Origin: Octopus sinensis
Taxonomy: Eukaryota
Assembly (NCBI RefSeq): GCF_006345805.1
Contig: NC_043013.1
Coordinates: 57,598,001-57,662,000, forward strand
Length of the DNA: 64,000 nucleotides
Reading direction: 5' to 3'
Shown here: positions 12,548 through 24,457 of the stretch, one piece after another
Position numbering within the stretch: the first letter of the stretch is position 1
Layout: each line of letters begins with the position of its first letter
Program-made: the position numbers and the translations under genes
Notes under the pieces: model-generated
Seen by the model: the letters and a program-made list of their open reading frames with translations, nothing else
Told to the model about the DNA's origin: nothing
Databases searched by the model: none

Positions 12548-12790
12548 CAAAATAAGCTACAAGGATATCCAAGGTAGTGTTGTACAATCGTTTCATGCTG
12601 CTTCATTCTATTAAAGATTGTAAGTATTACATCAATTTTAAAATGTAAAGCCACACATATATAAATTCTATATGTGGCTGAAAATTGCTTTACATTTTAA
12701 AACTGATGTAATACTTACATTGTTTAATAAAATGAAGCAGCATGAAACGATTGTACTACACTACCTTGGATATTCTTGTTTCTTATTTTG
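12548..12790. repeat. Foldback/MITE-like palindrome: 104-bp arms (12548-12651 and 12687-12790), ~90% identical, 35-nt spacer
   Basis: CAAAATAAG…GATATCCAAGGTAGTG…CAATCGTTTCATGCTGCTTCATT…AAAATGTAAAGC is matched by its reverse complement. The spacer has its own small hairpin (GCCACACATAT…ATATGTGGC). Confidence 0.9.
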
Positions 12791-13119
12791 ATTATAATCA
12801 CCCCATGGATTTATATAGATAATACCATACAAAATTCTGGTGCCTTTAACTTAAGTACCATATTCATCTGAATCTAAATTTTGCTGAACTTATATATATA
12901 TATATGTATATGTATATAATGTGTGTATGCGTGCACTTTTAACCAGAACAATGCAAAATATAAAAGTAAAAGAGGTTAATAGTTTCAGCTGGTATTTGAA
13001 TATTTCAGAGTTAGTAAATCTTTGATGAATAGTTGCTATTCGCTGTTTTTCCATGTCCTGTAGCGTGTTTATATTTGATATGTGTCGCTATAGTAACCAA
13101 ACAGCCACGTAAAACTCTG

Positions 13120-13620
13120 ATCTGTTATTAATGCATGCTGGATATTTCTTAAAAAGGCCTTTATTATCGGGTTCCCAAAGTTATTCTCTGTAGCTTCAAT
13201 GGAAACCTGGATGTCTTCGTTTTGGCTTTTCTACTTACGTATTCCAAAGGAAGAAGCTGTAGCATAAAGGTGTTCTTTAATCCGGATGTAAAATTACCTG
13301 CTTGTCCTTCCGATGTAGAATTCGCTGTATTTGCTTGATGCCATTTTATACAGCAGGTTGTGAGAGGAGGCTGAGGTAGTGAGTTGATAGCAACGGATTA
13401 CACATCGGGTGTACAATCCGACTATTACGCATACATATTAGAGAACACGTTTATGTTGATGCTTCTTCCTTCAAAATACATCTACAGAAATGCCAAAACG
13501 AAGAGATCAAAGTTTCCATTGAAGCTAGAGAGAAAGGAGCCTTAGAAATGTCCCCTATGCCATAGCGATGCATTTCAAATCTACAAAACTACACGACAGA
13601 GAAGATGGCGAATAACAACG
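13120..13620. mobile_element. Penelope-like element relic: two GIY-YIG endonuclease fragments in inverted (head-to-head) orientation
   Basis: The minus strand from ~13358 translates LLYKMASSKYSEFYIGRTSR*FYIRIKEHL…QNEDIQVSIEA (YIG at 13309-13317). The plus strand from ~13424 translates IHIREHVYVDASSFKIHLQKCQNEEIKVSIEAREK. The DNA is an inverted match at ~13186-13233 and ~13484-13531. Confidence 0.7.
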
Positions 13621-13820
13621 TTTCCTTCAGAGATATTCTGACGAAATACCAGAAGCCTATCAGCCTGTTTTATTTTTGTAAATTGCATTCTTCTAGCTTT
13701 AATATATACATGTACATATATCTTGTGTGTGTATATATGTGTGTATATATGCATGTATAAACATTATATCTTGCGTGTGTGTGAGTATGTCTGCATATAT
13801 TTTTTATATACGTACATATA

Positions 13821-15342
13821 CAGTAGCGGCTATAATATAAGGCTCAGTAAGAACAAATGTATTTTAGAAGATTAACATCACGTTGAGATAGATATTTTGC
13901 ACCTATTTAGATATATCTGATATCTATTATTCGTGAGAATTTCAAGAGAATTTCTTAAGTTATGAGGAAATAAACAAACAATCTTACAAAAAATGAACCA
14001 CTAACCGAGGTATTTGTTGCTTAGAAGACTGTTAATGGGTTATGACCTTACATTATTGGAACATTCAACTGTCAACATGGAGGCTTGTGCGAGACGACCA
14101 GTGTCCTGTGCCGAAAAATAAAGGATTGTGTACCTTCACGGAGAGGGCAAGTCAAATTCTGTAATAGCAATTACTATAGGAAGATCTAAAAGTGTTGTGC
14201 CACGAATTGTAGCTCGTTTTAGGTTGTCAGGATCGACAGATTCTAAACCCCAAACCAGTAGACCTCGTAATACTTCACCAAGACAGGATGGTATTATAGC
14301 TAGAATGTCACTGAAGGATAGATTTAAGAGTGCTGCTGAGATATCCATGAGTTTAGCTCCACTTCTGATGTCAACATATCGCGCAAAACAGTTTCTCCGA
14401 CGTCAGGAGGTTCCGGGTTGCTTGTTCGGGCACCGACAAAGAAACCTCTGATCTTCAGGTAGAATCAAATAGCCTGTCTTTGTTTCGCTCCCGAATATGT
14501 CATTTGGACAGAAGAACAGTGGTCGCAGGTTCATTTTAGCGATAAATTGAAGTTTAATGATGTACGTCCCACGAAGAAGTGGCGAAAGGTTATCTCGTGT
14601 ACGTGTGAAGAGGACAATGAAATATGGAGGATGCAGTGTCATGGTATGGGGAGTGATCTCTGCTACTGGTCCTAGTACAATTATTCGCCTACAATGGACG
14701 GTCAATTCTGAAATCCACAAACAGATGATCAAGCAGCATGCTCTTCCACATCGCCGACCTTGGTCAGTTCATCCTCCTGTCTTCGTGCAGGACAACGCTT
14801 CCCGTGACACTGCAAAGAGAGTTGAAGACATTTTGAGTGATGAAGGGATTGAGCCAATGGACTGGCCATCTCAAAGTCCCGATCTCAACCCTATAGAAAA
14901 CGTTTGAAAGATTATTGGACATGGGGGACGAAGGAGAAATACAAAGAGCAGATGAACTCGGGAATTATTGATAAACGAATGGAACAATATTACTCAATCG
15001 TTTTACAAGAAATTAATTCAGCCCTGTAGTAACAAATGTCAGGAGGTCATTGATAGTAAAGGGATGCTCATAAAATATTAATAGTAAGGGTCTCTATTTT
15101 GTTCTTGTTCCATTTTCCTTAGTGACCCTTAACTTTTGGCTGTTGTGATTTTGAAGATTATCTGTTTATTTCCTCATCAGTTACGAAATATTTATTCCAT
15201 TCACTTGAGATTTTCAATAAAGATAGATAGTAAATATATCTAAATATGTGTAAAATATCTAGTCTCAGCGTTTTGTTAATCTTTTATAATAAATATTTCA
15301 ATGTACTTATTCTTACTGACGCTTATATTATGGCCGCTACTG
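13821..15342 (+). mobile_element. Full-length degenerate Tc1 (DD34E) DNA transposon with long IR/DR-type terminal inverted repeats
   Basis: TA-flanked termini CAGTAGCGGCTATAATATAAGGCTCAGTAAGAA and its reverse complement (3 mismatches in 33 nt). Inverted similarity continues inward to ~13995 and ~15155. Confidence 0.93.
14077..15081 (+). pseudogene. Tc1-family transposase pseudogene
   Basis: HTH region (GRSKSVV…RPRNTSPRQD), WSQVHFSD, KYGGCSVMVWG, FVQDNAS, WPSQSPDLNPIENV and C-terminal VIDSKG..KY*; contains stops and frameshifts. Confidence 0.92.
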
Positions 15343-17346
15343 TATATATTTATACACCGCCAGTGTCAGAATCTGTAATACGAGATGCACACGTGAGAAC
15401 AATGTGCTTAATTAAACGAGGTAAACCGCACCTAATTAATACTCACCCGTTCTAATTACCTAATGAAACTAACCAATCTACCTCAAGCAAACCTCTACCC
15501 AGCGAATTTACCAGTGCAAGAACAAAATTTCAGTGTAAGAATTACCACTTTGTTTAAATTACCATCACATATGTATCAATCATTTTCGCATCCTAACCAA
15601 TGCATCTATCTATACTCGCATTCTGAAGAAATTTACTTACTCCAGTAAATCGAAACGATCGTAAATGCAACCTCATCTGCTTCTTACACACAACAGAACC
15701 GTGAGAGGAGAAAGAGCTGCTAAAGAATTCTTCTTTGTCCTAAAACTGCCTCCCAATATCTTGGGCACCAGTGTAAGCATTGGAGATACGACGAAAACAA
15801 AATATATAAAATACTGAGGAATTAAAAATGCTAATTAATAAAGATATAAAAACATTGCAAGAACAAGGAAATGCCTTAAAGGAATTCTGAAAATAGGTGG
15901 CAAGAGTTTGGAAATTAAATAACAAAAATATGATATGAATGCTTGTATATAATAAGTAGGAAGATTTAAGCAACAGCTGCGATTTCGCATAGAACTCTGC
16001 TTTTCTTTCTCTGATCTTTGCCAATTTAAATGATCTTGTTTGATGCAATTGTTTGAGAATTAATTTCTAAGAAACATTTGTAGATGCTAACAAAGTGTAA
16101 ATATTGCCATGTCTTAGTGTCTCCCTCGGGGATTTCGGTCAATCATTAAAATGTTAACATATTTCTGAATGACTTAACAGTAACTTCACAAACCAATCAA
16201 ATATGCAACTTTTAACTTGGAGGCCAGAAGAAAATTTTGTATTTGTCTGCTGAAACATGATATTGAAAGCTAAGAAACTAAGGTCAATACCTCATTAAGG
16301 TAAGCTAGTAATTTTCATATTCTGAAAACTTCGAAACATTTAAAACAGAAATTCCATGCATTCATTTGTTTAAAAGACGTTATTGTTATAATCTCAATAT
16401 CTGTACACGACTAGTTATTAACGGAGTAAAAAAAGGGTCCATGGAATTCTAACCGTGACAGATCTGTTTCATTTCAGATTGTGTTCATCCCAGGGTACAT
16501 TCATTAGTATAAATTCTCATTCCACCAGTTACTTTAAAAGATCCTTGTCACATGAGAGAGACCTGGTTATTTTTTCTAACAAACTGTCATAAATGGTGAC
16601 ATCTTGAGTGTCATTGCTCAAATCCCTCGCTTAAAATCCTAAAACTTTTCAGCGTTTAGGAATGCAAAGTTATGAATATTAAAGAAAACTGTCTACGACA
16701 TTCCCTGGGTCTCATTTAAAAGAACATGAAGATTAATGACTTCATAGTGGAGACATAAACATAAGTCTGACGATGACGATGGCTATTCTGTCAGTTTTGA
16801 ATTATAGACATTCCAGTTGTTCACCCCGTAGAACTACCAATCCTTTGTATCTTAAACGTAATCCTCAGTTAGTATCATTGTAAACTGTCTGTATCAATAG
16901 TGGGCATTTGTATCTCAAGTAATGTATATTTTGTGTCATATTGCAACTGGTTGAGTATTCCTCAGACATTTAAGCATTGAACATAGACGACTCACACATA
17001 CACACACATACTTATAAAGACCGACAATTAAAAGCTCTCTTTTGAGTGCTCATATCCTCATTCGTAATATACACTTTCTGTTGTAGTGATTTCCTATTTC
17101 TGTTGCTCTGTAACATATCAAACCACTTTACATGCTCATCGTTCGAAATAAAGACTCTCTTCTCCGAAAATAAAGCAAATAGAATTTCTCATTGAATCAC
17201 AGAAGAAGGAAACGGGAAGCACTCGAAGGTCAATAGCTGCAACGGTCATACATAGATTGAGAGTTGATGACGAAAGTGGCGAGGAATTAACGAATCATCG
17301 TTTATACACACACACACACACACACACACGCAAACACATCTATCTA

Positions 17347-17410
<64 letters not shown>

Positions 17411-17412
<2 letters not shown>

Positions 17413-17512
17413 TGTATAGGTAGATTCATAGGTAGGTCAGTAGATAGATAGATAGATAGATAGATAGATGTATAGGTAGATAGATGTATAGGTAGATTGA
17501 TAGGTAGGTCGG

Positions 17513-17554
<42 letters not shown>

Positions 17555-17625
17555 GATAGATAGATAGATGTATAGGTAGATTGATAGGTAGGTCGGTAGA
17601 TAGATAGATAGATAGATAGATAGAT
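17411..17625. repeat. Compound (GATA)n satellite with a higher-order unit
   Basis: GATGTATAGGTAGATT(C/G)ATAGGTAGGTC(A/G)GTA(GATA)n occurs three times. Confidence 0.85.
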
Positions 17626-18726
17626 GCATATGTGGATAGAAAGATAGAGACGGAAAGACAAAGAGAGGGAGTGTTACATAAGTAGTAAAATTTTTATGTT
17701 TTTTATTGACCTTATACTATATATATATGTATGTATACAAACACACACACACACACACACACATTCACATAGGTGTATATATATATGTGTGTGTGTGTGC
17801 ATGTATATGTATCTGTGTGTACATGTATCTGCATGAGTGTGTTGAAAGAGCAGTCACTAACATGAATCCACTTTCACGTGAAGGGCTCTAGACGAGGTTA
17901 GACGTTGAGAATAATATTATATATTACATGAAATTAAATTGCATTATTATGGCCACGTGCTCCGATTTCCACGAACGAAGAACAGTTTATAAAATGTATA
18001 ATTAAAATTGGAGAAACTAGGAAACTAGAAAACACGGCATTTCTGAATATGGATGAAGAACTATTAAATTGAGTGAGAGTGCAGGAGTGTAAACAAAAAA
18101 GAGGGAGATTGAGATAGAAAGGGGGTGATGCGATAGCGAAGAATGGTTAAGATATAGCGAACTAGGAAATCTATAATTTGGCGGAGAGATTTAGAAGGAT
18201 TTAAATAAATAGGGAAACATAGATGAAAGGATGTGTGTGTGTGTGTGTGTGAGACGCAGGCTGACTAGAATACTGACTTAATGGGGAAATCGACAGTAAC
18301 TTATTAATCTGTAAATAAAGTAGGAGACACAGGTACACATTCATTGTAAGGAATGTAAAAGAAAACTGTCAATATTTAGAAAATAATTTAAATAGTATTA
18401 TAGAAGCGAAGGGTACAATGAAAGTTTTTGTAAATGAAGAGATGTTAGAGATAAACAAAGAAGTATATCTTAAATGCAAAAAAGATGATTATTGTCAAAA
18501 GGAAATCCAGGTCACTTTTGAACAGTCCCCTCTCTATCACTTGTAAACACTTGGACTCAATTTGCTATGTATAAAAGGATTGTCTTTAAGTACTCTGGTT
18601 CATATTTCAGAAAGATTTGTATCATTTCTACAAAACATTTCATTTGTTCGAATATTTATTGCTGAACATGAAACATAGGCTATCGGTAGCGAGACATTCT
18701 TACTTTATATAATACATATATACGGA

Positions 18727-18765
<39 letters not shown>

Positions 18766-18810
18766 ATGTAAGTATATACGTATGCATGTATGCAATGTAT
18801 ATATATATAT

Positions 18811-18839
<29 letters not shown>

Positions 18840-18842
<3 letters not shown>

Positions 18843-18964
18843 TAGAAAAATTGAGGTAATCAGATCAGATGGTTCATATTTGTAGATATTTATTTATATA
18901 TTACATTTTTTACATATATATCATATCATTCGGATTAGCGCTTGCTCCCATTCTAGTGGGTTTT
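18840..18964. mobile_element. Fragment of an interspersed repeat also present at 20341-20465
   Basis: ATTAGAAAAA(A)TGAGGTA(A/C)TCAGA…GATGGTT…AGATATTT…GCGCTT..(T/C)CCATTCTAGTGG is shared by both loci. Confidence 0.7.
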
Positions 18965-18981
18965 ATATATATATATATGTA

Positions 18982-19022
<41 letters not shown>

Positions 19023-20218
19023 GTATATGTATATATATACGCATGTATGTATGTAGGTAGGTAGGTAGGTAGGTAGGTAGGTATATGAGTGTGTGTTTTG
19101 TATATTCTTACCAGGATGAGAATTATTAAATATATTTATTCTGCAAAGTTGCATTTTATTAAAGATACATTATCATAATATTTTATCTTAGAAATAATAA
19201 CACACTTTATATTCTGGTAAAGTCTTTGTCTCGACACTATTTAACGTATATCAAAATTTGAAACATTATGTCAATTTACATATATTAATATGTTGATTAT
19301 ATAAACGAAACCATCATCTCAGATAAAAGAAAAAAACAAAACCGTCTCTTGTAGACAATCAACAATTCATCTCAACTATGTAAATAGCTCTAGTGATCGT
19401 TTTTATTGGAACCCGCCATCGGCAACTGTCTCTCCCCCTCGGCTCCGCTTTCATGAGATTCACTATGAAAGGAATCTTCTTTAAAATTATTTCGTATTGT
19501 TTAATCAGAGTCGAAAGTGTGGCATTCATGACATCTTTGAGATCGACCAAAATAGGTCGAAGAAGACGGATAAAGCAGCAAACCGAACCCCTTAAATTCT
19601 GCTGACCAAAGAGCAAGTTGTTTGTACTCAAACGAGTAACTATGAAAGTTCACTACTCAAATTCATTAGACACTTCGTCCTCTGGACTTCCTCATATTTT
19701 CCAGTCAACAATATTTTACTGACAAATCTTTAGTTTGCTCGAGATATTGAAACAGATTTATTCATGTGTTGCACTGAAACATTGAAATCGAAAACATAAA
19801 TAACAGAATAAGGATTTTCAATCCCGGTGTTGTGTTTGGTACAGTATTGAACCCGAAGTGGTTCGGGGCGCTGATACCTTACACTTCTGACTGTGTCCGT
19901 GTGAAACATTTTCATCTATTTCTTTATCTATTTATTTTTCTTTTTAAAATTTATACTCGATAAGAGTATCATTATGGGCTCTTCACGTTTGAAAATGTGA
20001 GATATGTCAACGTGTGTACGGATACTATTGGAACTTTTATCTCTATCCCATCGTCTTTAATGATGGTCGTACTGACCCAGTCACTAGCCAGCCATCATGT
20101 AGACATGTGTTTAAGTATTTTACGTATGAACGAATATATATCCTCTCTCTCTCAGTCATATCCACACACATATGTACATATAAGTACTATGCATATGTAC
20201 ATATACACACACACACAC

Positions 20219-20580
20219 ATATATATATAAGGCAGATACATATATAAACATACCTAAATACATGTACACCACTACACACTCAATAACACTATAAAAATAT
20301 ATATATTAGAAGGTTTGGAGATGATGTACAGGTATTTAATATTAGAAAAAATGAGGTACTCAGAAATTCGGATGGTTTTATATTTACAGATATTTATTTG
20401 TATATCACATGTTTTTATATATCATATATCATATATTGCGCTTACGTCCATTCTAGTGGAGTTTTCAAATTGAACTAAGTTCTTGGGGAAATTTTGACCA
20501 TTTTCATAGTGTTGTTGAGTGTGTAGTGGTGTACACGTATTTAGGTATGTTTATATATGTATCTGCCTTATATATATATA
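20219..20580. repeat. Inverted duplication (arms ~20219-20296 and 20501-20580) around a repeat-family fragment; PLE-like architecture
   Basis: ATAAGGCAGATACATATATAAACATACCTAAATAC(A/G)TGTACACCACTACACACTCAA(T/C)AACACTAT is matched by its reverse complement (~95%). Confidence 0.85.
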
Positions 20581-22316
20581 TATATGTATATATACATACA
20601 TACATACATAAACAAACAAGCTGAGGTATATCTTCTCGGGTTCAATAGCATAGTATATAGCATATCTGAGAAACTGGATCTATGTGATCAACTAGTGACC
20701 TACTTTCATTGAAATTTCTGACTTTGTGCCTGAATAAGAAATTATTTTGTCTTCTAAAACTAACGACGGCAGGATAGTTCTGAAGAAGACTTTACTGCTC
20801 TCTCTCTCACTTTCTCTTTTTCTCGAAGTGTCAGCAATCACTTAGGAGTTCTTTGTCTAATATTCTATTTTTAAAGGATGGTATTTGCTTTGAAAGCGTG
20901 CTGGTTGTTATATCTAGCAGAGCTAACGAGCATCTAAATGCTTCTTCCCTTATAGATTCAATGACTGACGTGATTAGCTCTAAAGGCAAAGAAGAACAAT
21001 TTCCACTGTGATAATGGCCATATTTATCTATTAAGCTTGCCACGCTCAGTCTGTGTCGTATGAATGCACCTTAAACCTTCATAGGGTAATTACAACAGCT
21101 GCCATAGACTACTTCACACGAAAAGACATGAAGGTAAGTAATTTCAAATATCCGAATTAAGATAAATTATTTTTTGGTTTATCTTCTATTTAAATATGCT
21201 ACCTTGCATCATTACACATTTCATCATTTCTCTCATTTTCCGAGTTTATTTCTTTTTTAGGTGTTCTTTTAAAATTGTATGAGTAAAAGCGTAATGAATT
21301 GCTGTAAAATAATTGTGAAATCACTTCTCCTTACACATTTACGAAGCCTCAAGTGTATGTTATTTCCGTATGTTCATAATAACCACCATTTTATTTCAAA
21401 AGAACTCAACACTGAAAAATATAACTTATTTCCATGAACGTGACAAAATCTTTCGAAAAATTAGCCAACGAATTTCCTGACTAGATTATTTCCAATTAAT
21501 TTCCAATCTCTCGTTCAGTGTTCTATGTAGTTATTTTGCTTTAATTTACTCCGTTGTTTAGGTTTTGTTTTTCGTTCATTATTTTTCTCTTGATTTTGTT
21601 TGTTTTTCGGTTTTGATTTCCAAGTACTTTTTTTTTTTAAGTTCTTCCCTTTTGCTCTTTTTCCTATCAAATATTAAAAAGAAAAAGAAACGAAAATATT
21701 TTCTTGTATTTTAATTCTTACTTTTATTTTCATGATTAAATGTGAGATTATACTCGAAGCTTTAAACTATTCAAATCATTTTACTGCACACAAGAAATTC
21801 TGATTAACTACATTTTTTACACACACACACACACACAAACAAACAGACATTTGCTTACCAACACAAACTTGTGCTCTCACACATATAAACATACATATGT
21901 GCATGCGCACGCACACACATGTATGTATTATGCGTTGCGCATATGCCTACATGTGACATGTCTGCGTGTGACTGTGTTTGTCTATTTGTATGTGGGAATA
22001 TACGTACATACACCTCATTAATACTTGTCCACATGTGGCATGTGCGTGTGAGTGTACGTAAGTTGCGGTGTGTGTGTGTGTGTAAATATGTGTTACGTAT
22101 GTGCGTGCGTGTGTAGAAAAAGAGTCGCCATTGATTATTTAGCAGGTTTATTTGGCATATTTGAATTAAATTGCAAGGAGAATTTTTATGGTGAGCCATT
22201 TTATCTAAGGAACAATGGGAAGAGGGAGAGATTTTCCTCTTCAGCCTAAGAGACTTGTAAATGCATTCCAGCACATGTCTGTAGATGAAAGTCACGCACA
22301 TGTACAAACGCATACA

Positions 22317-22510
22317 CATATACGTATATGCATGAACATACACACACACATATACACACGCATATACGTATATGCATGAACATACACACACACATATACA
22401 CACACATATACGTATATGCATGAACATACACACACATATACACACGCATATACGTATATGCATGAATATACACACACACATAGACACACGCATATACGTA
22501 TATGCATGAA
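22317..22510. repeat. Minisatellite, five 42-44-bp units with the palindromic core CATATACGTATATG
   Basis: The core CATATACGTATATGCATGAA starts at 22317, 22361, 22405, 22447 and 22491, separated by CA-rich linkers. Confidence 0.92.
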
Positions 22511-22721
22511 CGTGTCGGTGATAATAAATCAAAAGTTAAAATAAGGAAACTGATAAACTGATGTGAACTCTATTGATAATTCTTTTCGTCTTGTAGCTTA
22601 TCTGATGAATCATATTCAAATGGAAAATGAAAAATTTCCCTTAGATTTTTTGTTTTTACAATATTGAAGAAAATTTCATTAAAGAAAAAGTCACTGATAC
22701 TTCGGGAAGACACATAGGTGT

Positions 22722-22757
<36 letters not shown>

Positions 22758-22863
22758 GTAAGTATGCATGTGTGTGTGTTTGTGTGTCTTTTAGGGTGCA
22801 TGATAATCAGTATATTCTATGCACAGTTACTTTTATCAGATACTTTTCTATTTGGCATAGGTA

Positions 22864-22903
<40 letters not shown>

Positions 22904-23004
22904 CATATATACATATATACATATACATACATATATATAAATGTGCGCATGTATGTGTGTATATATATATATATGATTTTTTATATTATTTACATTATTT
23001 ACCT

Positions 23005-23130
23005 TTGACAGATACTTGTCTTCATCTTGTTTGTAGTTGACACGACGTTTCGGTGATATACCCGCCAGCCTTCATCAGGTGTCTTGGGGGAATTTGGAAC
23101 CTGGGTTCTCATTCCTAAGGTATTTTTCGA

Positions 23131-23178
<48 letters not shown>

Positions 23179-23250
23179 CGTCCCTGCTTGAATCGAACCC
23201 GGAATCGTGGGGTTAGTAGCCCGCGCTCTTAACCACTACACCATATGCGT
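23005..23250 (-). mobile_element. tRNA-headed SINE-like retroposon with a hammerhead ribozyme in its 3' part
   Basis: A box TGGTGTAGTGG (23243-23233), anticodon-like arm GGG-CTACTAA-CCC, B box GGTTCGATTC (23199-23190), an (AAT)n spacer at 23131-23176, then the hammerhead motif. Confidence 0.75.
23039..23083 (-). ncRNA. Type I minimal hammerhead ribozyme
   Basis: The minus strand reads GACAC-CTGATGA-A-GGCTG(GCGGGTATAT)CA-CC-GAAA-CG-TC-GTGTC. Stem I GACAC/GTGTC is a perfect 5 bp, the core is intact, stem III is the palindrome ACGU, and the cleavage triplet is GUC (cut predicted between 23044 and 23043). Stem II has a 1-nt bulge. Confidence 0.82.
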
Positions 23251-23564
23251 GTTAGTATGGCGTGCGTGGGTGCGTATGAAGATCAAAAAGAAATTGTCCT
23301 CAATGCCGGCAGCAGTGTGTAGTTGATTTATTTAAACTGAACTTTTAAATATCAATTCGAGTAAAGTCTTTGTGATTGACACATCATTCCGATTACTGTC
23401 TTGGTTGGACAACAGATTAACAATTGCCGATGAAAATAGAAAATTGCCGGAAAATAGGTGCTCCCAGTTGTTTAACAGGATTTTCAAGCGAATTACACAT
23501 GGAATGAGCAAAGAGTTACAGCAAAAATATTGTGACAATGGATGAGACTCGCGTTACACGAGAA

Positions 23565-24096
23565 TCTATATATATATAAAACAGAGAATGTCTGTCTATC
23601 TGTCTGTCTGTGTGTTTCCCTAAAACTTGAGAACTACACAACCAATTTCATTCAAATTTTATACATGCCTTACTTAGGGTCCATGTTGTTTCATGGACAA
23701 AAAATGTTCAACTTCATGCCTAGGGCGAAGCCATAACAATATCATATTTTCTCCACTATTTCAGTATCACGTGTTAAAAGTGAAACAAAACCATTTCTCT
23801 ATTTTATGTCAGATACTTTCACTTTAACAATAAAAAAGATAATAATCACAATTGAAATATATGTAGTCAGTAATGATTGAAATCAAACTAAAGTATAATA
23901 TAATCGTAATATAACAAAAGTAAAAATAGCAATTGGTATAAAATTGCATCAATGACTTGAACTTGAATAAGTGGTTTCACATTAATAAGAATAAATTAAA
24001 AATAAAATTAGCGTGCAGAAATAGAATAGTTCAGATGGAGCTGTGCACATACCGTTTACCACGGCTTTTACATTAGATTATCTGCTAATTAGCTAG
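23565..24096 (+). mobile_element. Non-autonomous Helitron-like element (DINE-1/Lep1 type); 3' end uncertain
   Basis: The 5' end A|TCTATATATATATAAAA is followed by a (GTCT)n tract and AAAACTTGAGAACTACACAACCAATTTCATTCAAATTTT. A weak hairpin (CCGT..ACGG) and a CTAG lie near 24052-24096. Confidence 0.55.
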
Positions 24097-24457
24097 CATT
24101 AAGTATCTATATGAAGTTTGGCTGTATGTAATGTCAGTTTTCTCGAACAGCCGCTTCTACTGAGTACTGCTTTTGGTTTATTTCTTATACATAAAGGACT
24201 ATAGCTTCAACTGCGTACTTCTTCTTGATTCACCGTAAGGTTGGTTGTTATTATTATTACTGTTTAACTATTGTTATCACGTTTGTTGGTTCCTCGTAAG
24301 GGAAACGTTGTTGTATTGCATATGTTAAATAATTATAAACTGTAACCCTCCCCCTTTGGGAGTAGGAGCTTTGGTAATTGTTTAAAATTTGAATTGTGTC
24401 CTTGTTTGGAAAAATTGACAATATTTTCACCGTTTATACGGAAGCATCTTTGTTACA

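Noticed and set aside
13084-13097. RFX X-box match GTCGCTATAGTAAC
   Set aside because: A motif this degenerate is expected by chance roughly once per window, and it lies beside PLE debris with no promoter evidence.
22317-22510. CRISPR-like array (palindromic repeats with spacers)
   Set aside because: The spacers are near-identical CA tracts rather than unique sequences, there are no cas genes, and the context is eukaryotic.
21855-22532. Long ORFs rich in H/T/Y/I/C/V/L/S (also at 11187, 17426, 40586, 44488, 52646 and 57202)
   Set aside because: These are translations of CA, TA, GATA and AAT microsatellites, which lack stop codons in some frames.
23177-23248. Functional tRNA gene
   Set aside because: A and B boxes and an anticodon-like arm are present, but no acceptor stem forms; it is a SINE head.
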